A stretch of DNA of 54,465 nucleotides from Thermoplasmata archaeon (GTDB lineage Archaea; Thermoplasmatota; Thermoplasmata; Lutacidiplasmatales; UBA184): the NCBI GenBank assembly GCA_030037735.1, contig JASHQC010000066.1, forward strand, positions 1 through 54,465, written 5' to 3'. Below, one piece after another: positions 53,288 to 54,465 of the stretch. How positions within the stretch are numbered: the stretch's first letter is position 1; every line of letters begins with the position of its first letter. The position numbers and the translations under genes are program-made. The notes beneath the pieces are model-generated. The model was not told the origin of the DNA and did not search any database. It worked only from the letters and a program-made list of their open reading frames with translations.

Positions 53288-53575
53288 CTACCGATCGAAT
53301 CCGCCGCCCTTGTGAACGCGGGGTGTAATCCCCTCGTTACCCCAGTCCCCGTCGTGCCCGCAGTAAAGGTGACAATTTTCTGGCTCACCGACGCACAAAA
53401 TCACGGGTGAAGGTCGGCTACCATGATGTGCCTCCCATCGACCCCACGTTCCCGCCCTCCGGCTGTTCTCCCAGGACAGCTTCTTGCCGCAGCACTCGCA
53501 ATAGCCATCGGCCTCGTCGAACGCGGCCTCGATCTCGTCTCCGTCGAATCCTTCTGGGGTATGCACCACAATCAA
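53288..53575 (-). CDS. HNH-motif small protein (putative nuclease)
   Basis: CECCGKKL...(19)...WEAHH.......C.....NCHLYCGH resembles an HNH/zinc-finger core. Confidence 0.5.
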   Translation of the reverse strand: MIVVHTPEGFDGDEIEAAFDEADGYCECCGKKLSWENSRRAGTWGRWEAHHGSRPSPVILCVGEPENCHLYCGHDGDWGNEGITPRVHKGGGFDR

Positions 53576-53689
53576 GGGAATCGTCTTCCAGCAAAAAGCT
53601 AATCAGCCGCAGAGCGGCGACCGCACGCGAGAGCTGGTGGCCTAGCAGCGCGTTACACGCCCGGCGTGCTAAGCAGGCGAGGGTTTCCC

Positions 53690-53737
53690 CGCCCGTAACA
53701 CCCGAGGCCGTTTGCACGGGGCGCGCCCGTAACACCC
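53690..53737. repeat. Two copies of the 14-mer cgcccgtaacaccc spaced 34 nt (start to start)
   Basis: Exact copies at 53690-53703 and 53724-53737, upstream of the HNH gene in a region with no convincing CDS. Confidence 0.7.
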
Positions 53738-54465
53738 ACCGATCCTGGCCGCCGAGGAGGAGGGGTCGGGGGAGGGCTGAAGAAAGTGGCGAGCAAGATG
53801 GTAGACGAGACAGTTGAGGTCTTGCGAAGAGTGAGGCGCAGCGTCGATAGACGCATTGCGTTTCGTCACCTAGATCTTGTTGGCTCAATGCGCGACTCCG
53901 GTCGCATGGGGCATTGCACAGACTCCTAGGCTAGGGGAACTGCCGGAATTTCCTATCCCAGGCCTTGCCGAAGCCCGGCAGCGCTCTCCGGATTCAAACA
54001 CGGTCCGGGTGCCGTGGCAGGCGAACAGCTCGTTAGACTCAGGCGCGGCCAGCTGGGCTGTAGCTAGGCCACTGGACTCGGCTACGAGCGGGCCTGACCA
54101 CAACCCACGTTCCAACGGTGTGATCCACCCCGCAACCGCAGCTGCTTCCGCTTCCATCGGCCGACTCATGTTGCCTAACGGCCACATACACTCGGTTCGC
54201 TCCGCTCGTCCTCACTCTACTTTCCATCCTCGGTCCTTCTCGTGCTGAGGGATAGGGGTAGGAGGAGTCAATCCCACCTGACGCAGGCAAGTGGAAAGTG
54301 GCCGGCAGGCAGTCCTCTCTTCCGGTGTCAGTCTAGAGTGGGTGGAAACCGGATCCACGAAGGGCCCAGCGATGTGGTCGTCACGTGGCCTGGGCGCGAG
54401 CAAGACACGCGGCACTGATGGGTAGGTTGAATTAGGGTGGGTCGGTTAGAGCCCGCCGCCGGTGG

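Noticed and set aside
53880-54465. Possible RNase P RNA or SRP (7S) RNA in the region with no convincing CDS. Cues were ggaaagtgg at 54293, a gtcaggcccg-like string on the minus strand, and nested complementary segments 53940-53946/54302-54308 and 53952-53959/54249-54256.
   Set aside because: The near-universal RNase P CR-I (GGAAAGUCC) and CR-V (ACAGAA..GGCUUA) motifs are absent. The SRP helix-8 motif (GGAAGGGAGCA-type around a GNAR loop) is also absent. Complementarities of 7-8 nt within ~400 nt are expected by chance. Only a covariance-model scan could revive this idea.

Overview
GC-rich archaeal chromosomal fragment; sampled core stretches are about 65% GC. The gene content suggests a Thermoplasmatota-like euryarchaeon, but that is inference. 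All calls come from reading translations and motifs by eye, with no database search. The ORF track reports the longest ATG/GTG/TTG ORF, so many entries are over-extended at the 5' end or are antisense artefacts of high GC. I trimmed starts using family N-termini, start/stop overlaps and TATA boxes.

The core (about 8.5-51.9 kb) is dense housekeeping:
- Metabolism: pyruvate kinase, purB, purF, carbamate kinase, queC, argS, GGPP synthase, mevalonate kinase.
- Protein folding and targeting: prefoldin alpha and beta, Pcc1, FtsY.
- RNA modification and RNPs: SPOUT methyltransferases (TrmJ-like, Trm56), fibrillarin-Nop5.
- Ribosomal and translation clusters: rplX-pfdA-ftsY, L15e, L1-L10-P1, and L44e-S27e-aIF2alpha-Nop10.
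- Other: GINS, DRG and YchF GTPases, PAC2, Hsp20.

Three real genes under 60 aa, or hidden inside longer listed ORFs, are missing as separate entries in the track: a DUF1059 protein, S27e and Nop10. A 767-codon S53 peptidase ORF runs off the left edge.

Both window ends are lower in GC (about 52-57%) and carry accessory genes:
- Left (1-8.45 kb): a secreted S53 peptidase, a siderophore-esterase-like hydrolase, and a ~3.2 kb islet. The islet is bounded by an exact 18-nt duplicate of the tRNA-Gln 3' half. It carries two YdbS-like 2TM proteins and a RelE-type toxin-antitoxin pair.
- Right (51.9-54.5 kb): an RHH protein, a membrane-anchored secreted protein, an HNH protein and ~0.9 kb with no convincing CDS.

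Most interesting candidates:
1. The tRNA-Gln att-like islet.
2. A translationally coupled operon with one catalytic and two P-loop-degenerate KaiC/RecA-like proteins.
3. A neighbouring orphan 834-aa FtsK/HerA/TraD-like ATPase with an uncharacterised N-terminal third.
4. A very long bactofilin-like beta-helix repeat protein coupled to a winged-helix gene.
5. A degenerate ThiI pseudoenzyme.

I found no CRISPR array, rRNA gene or recognisable recombinase.
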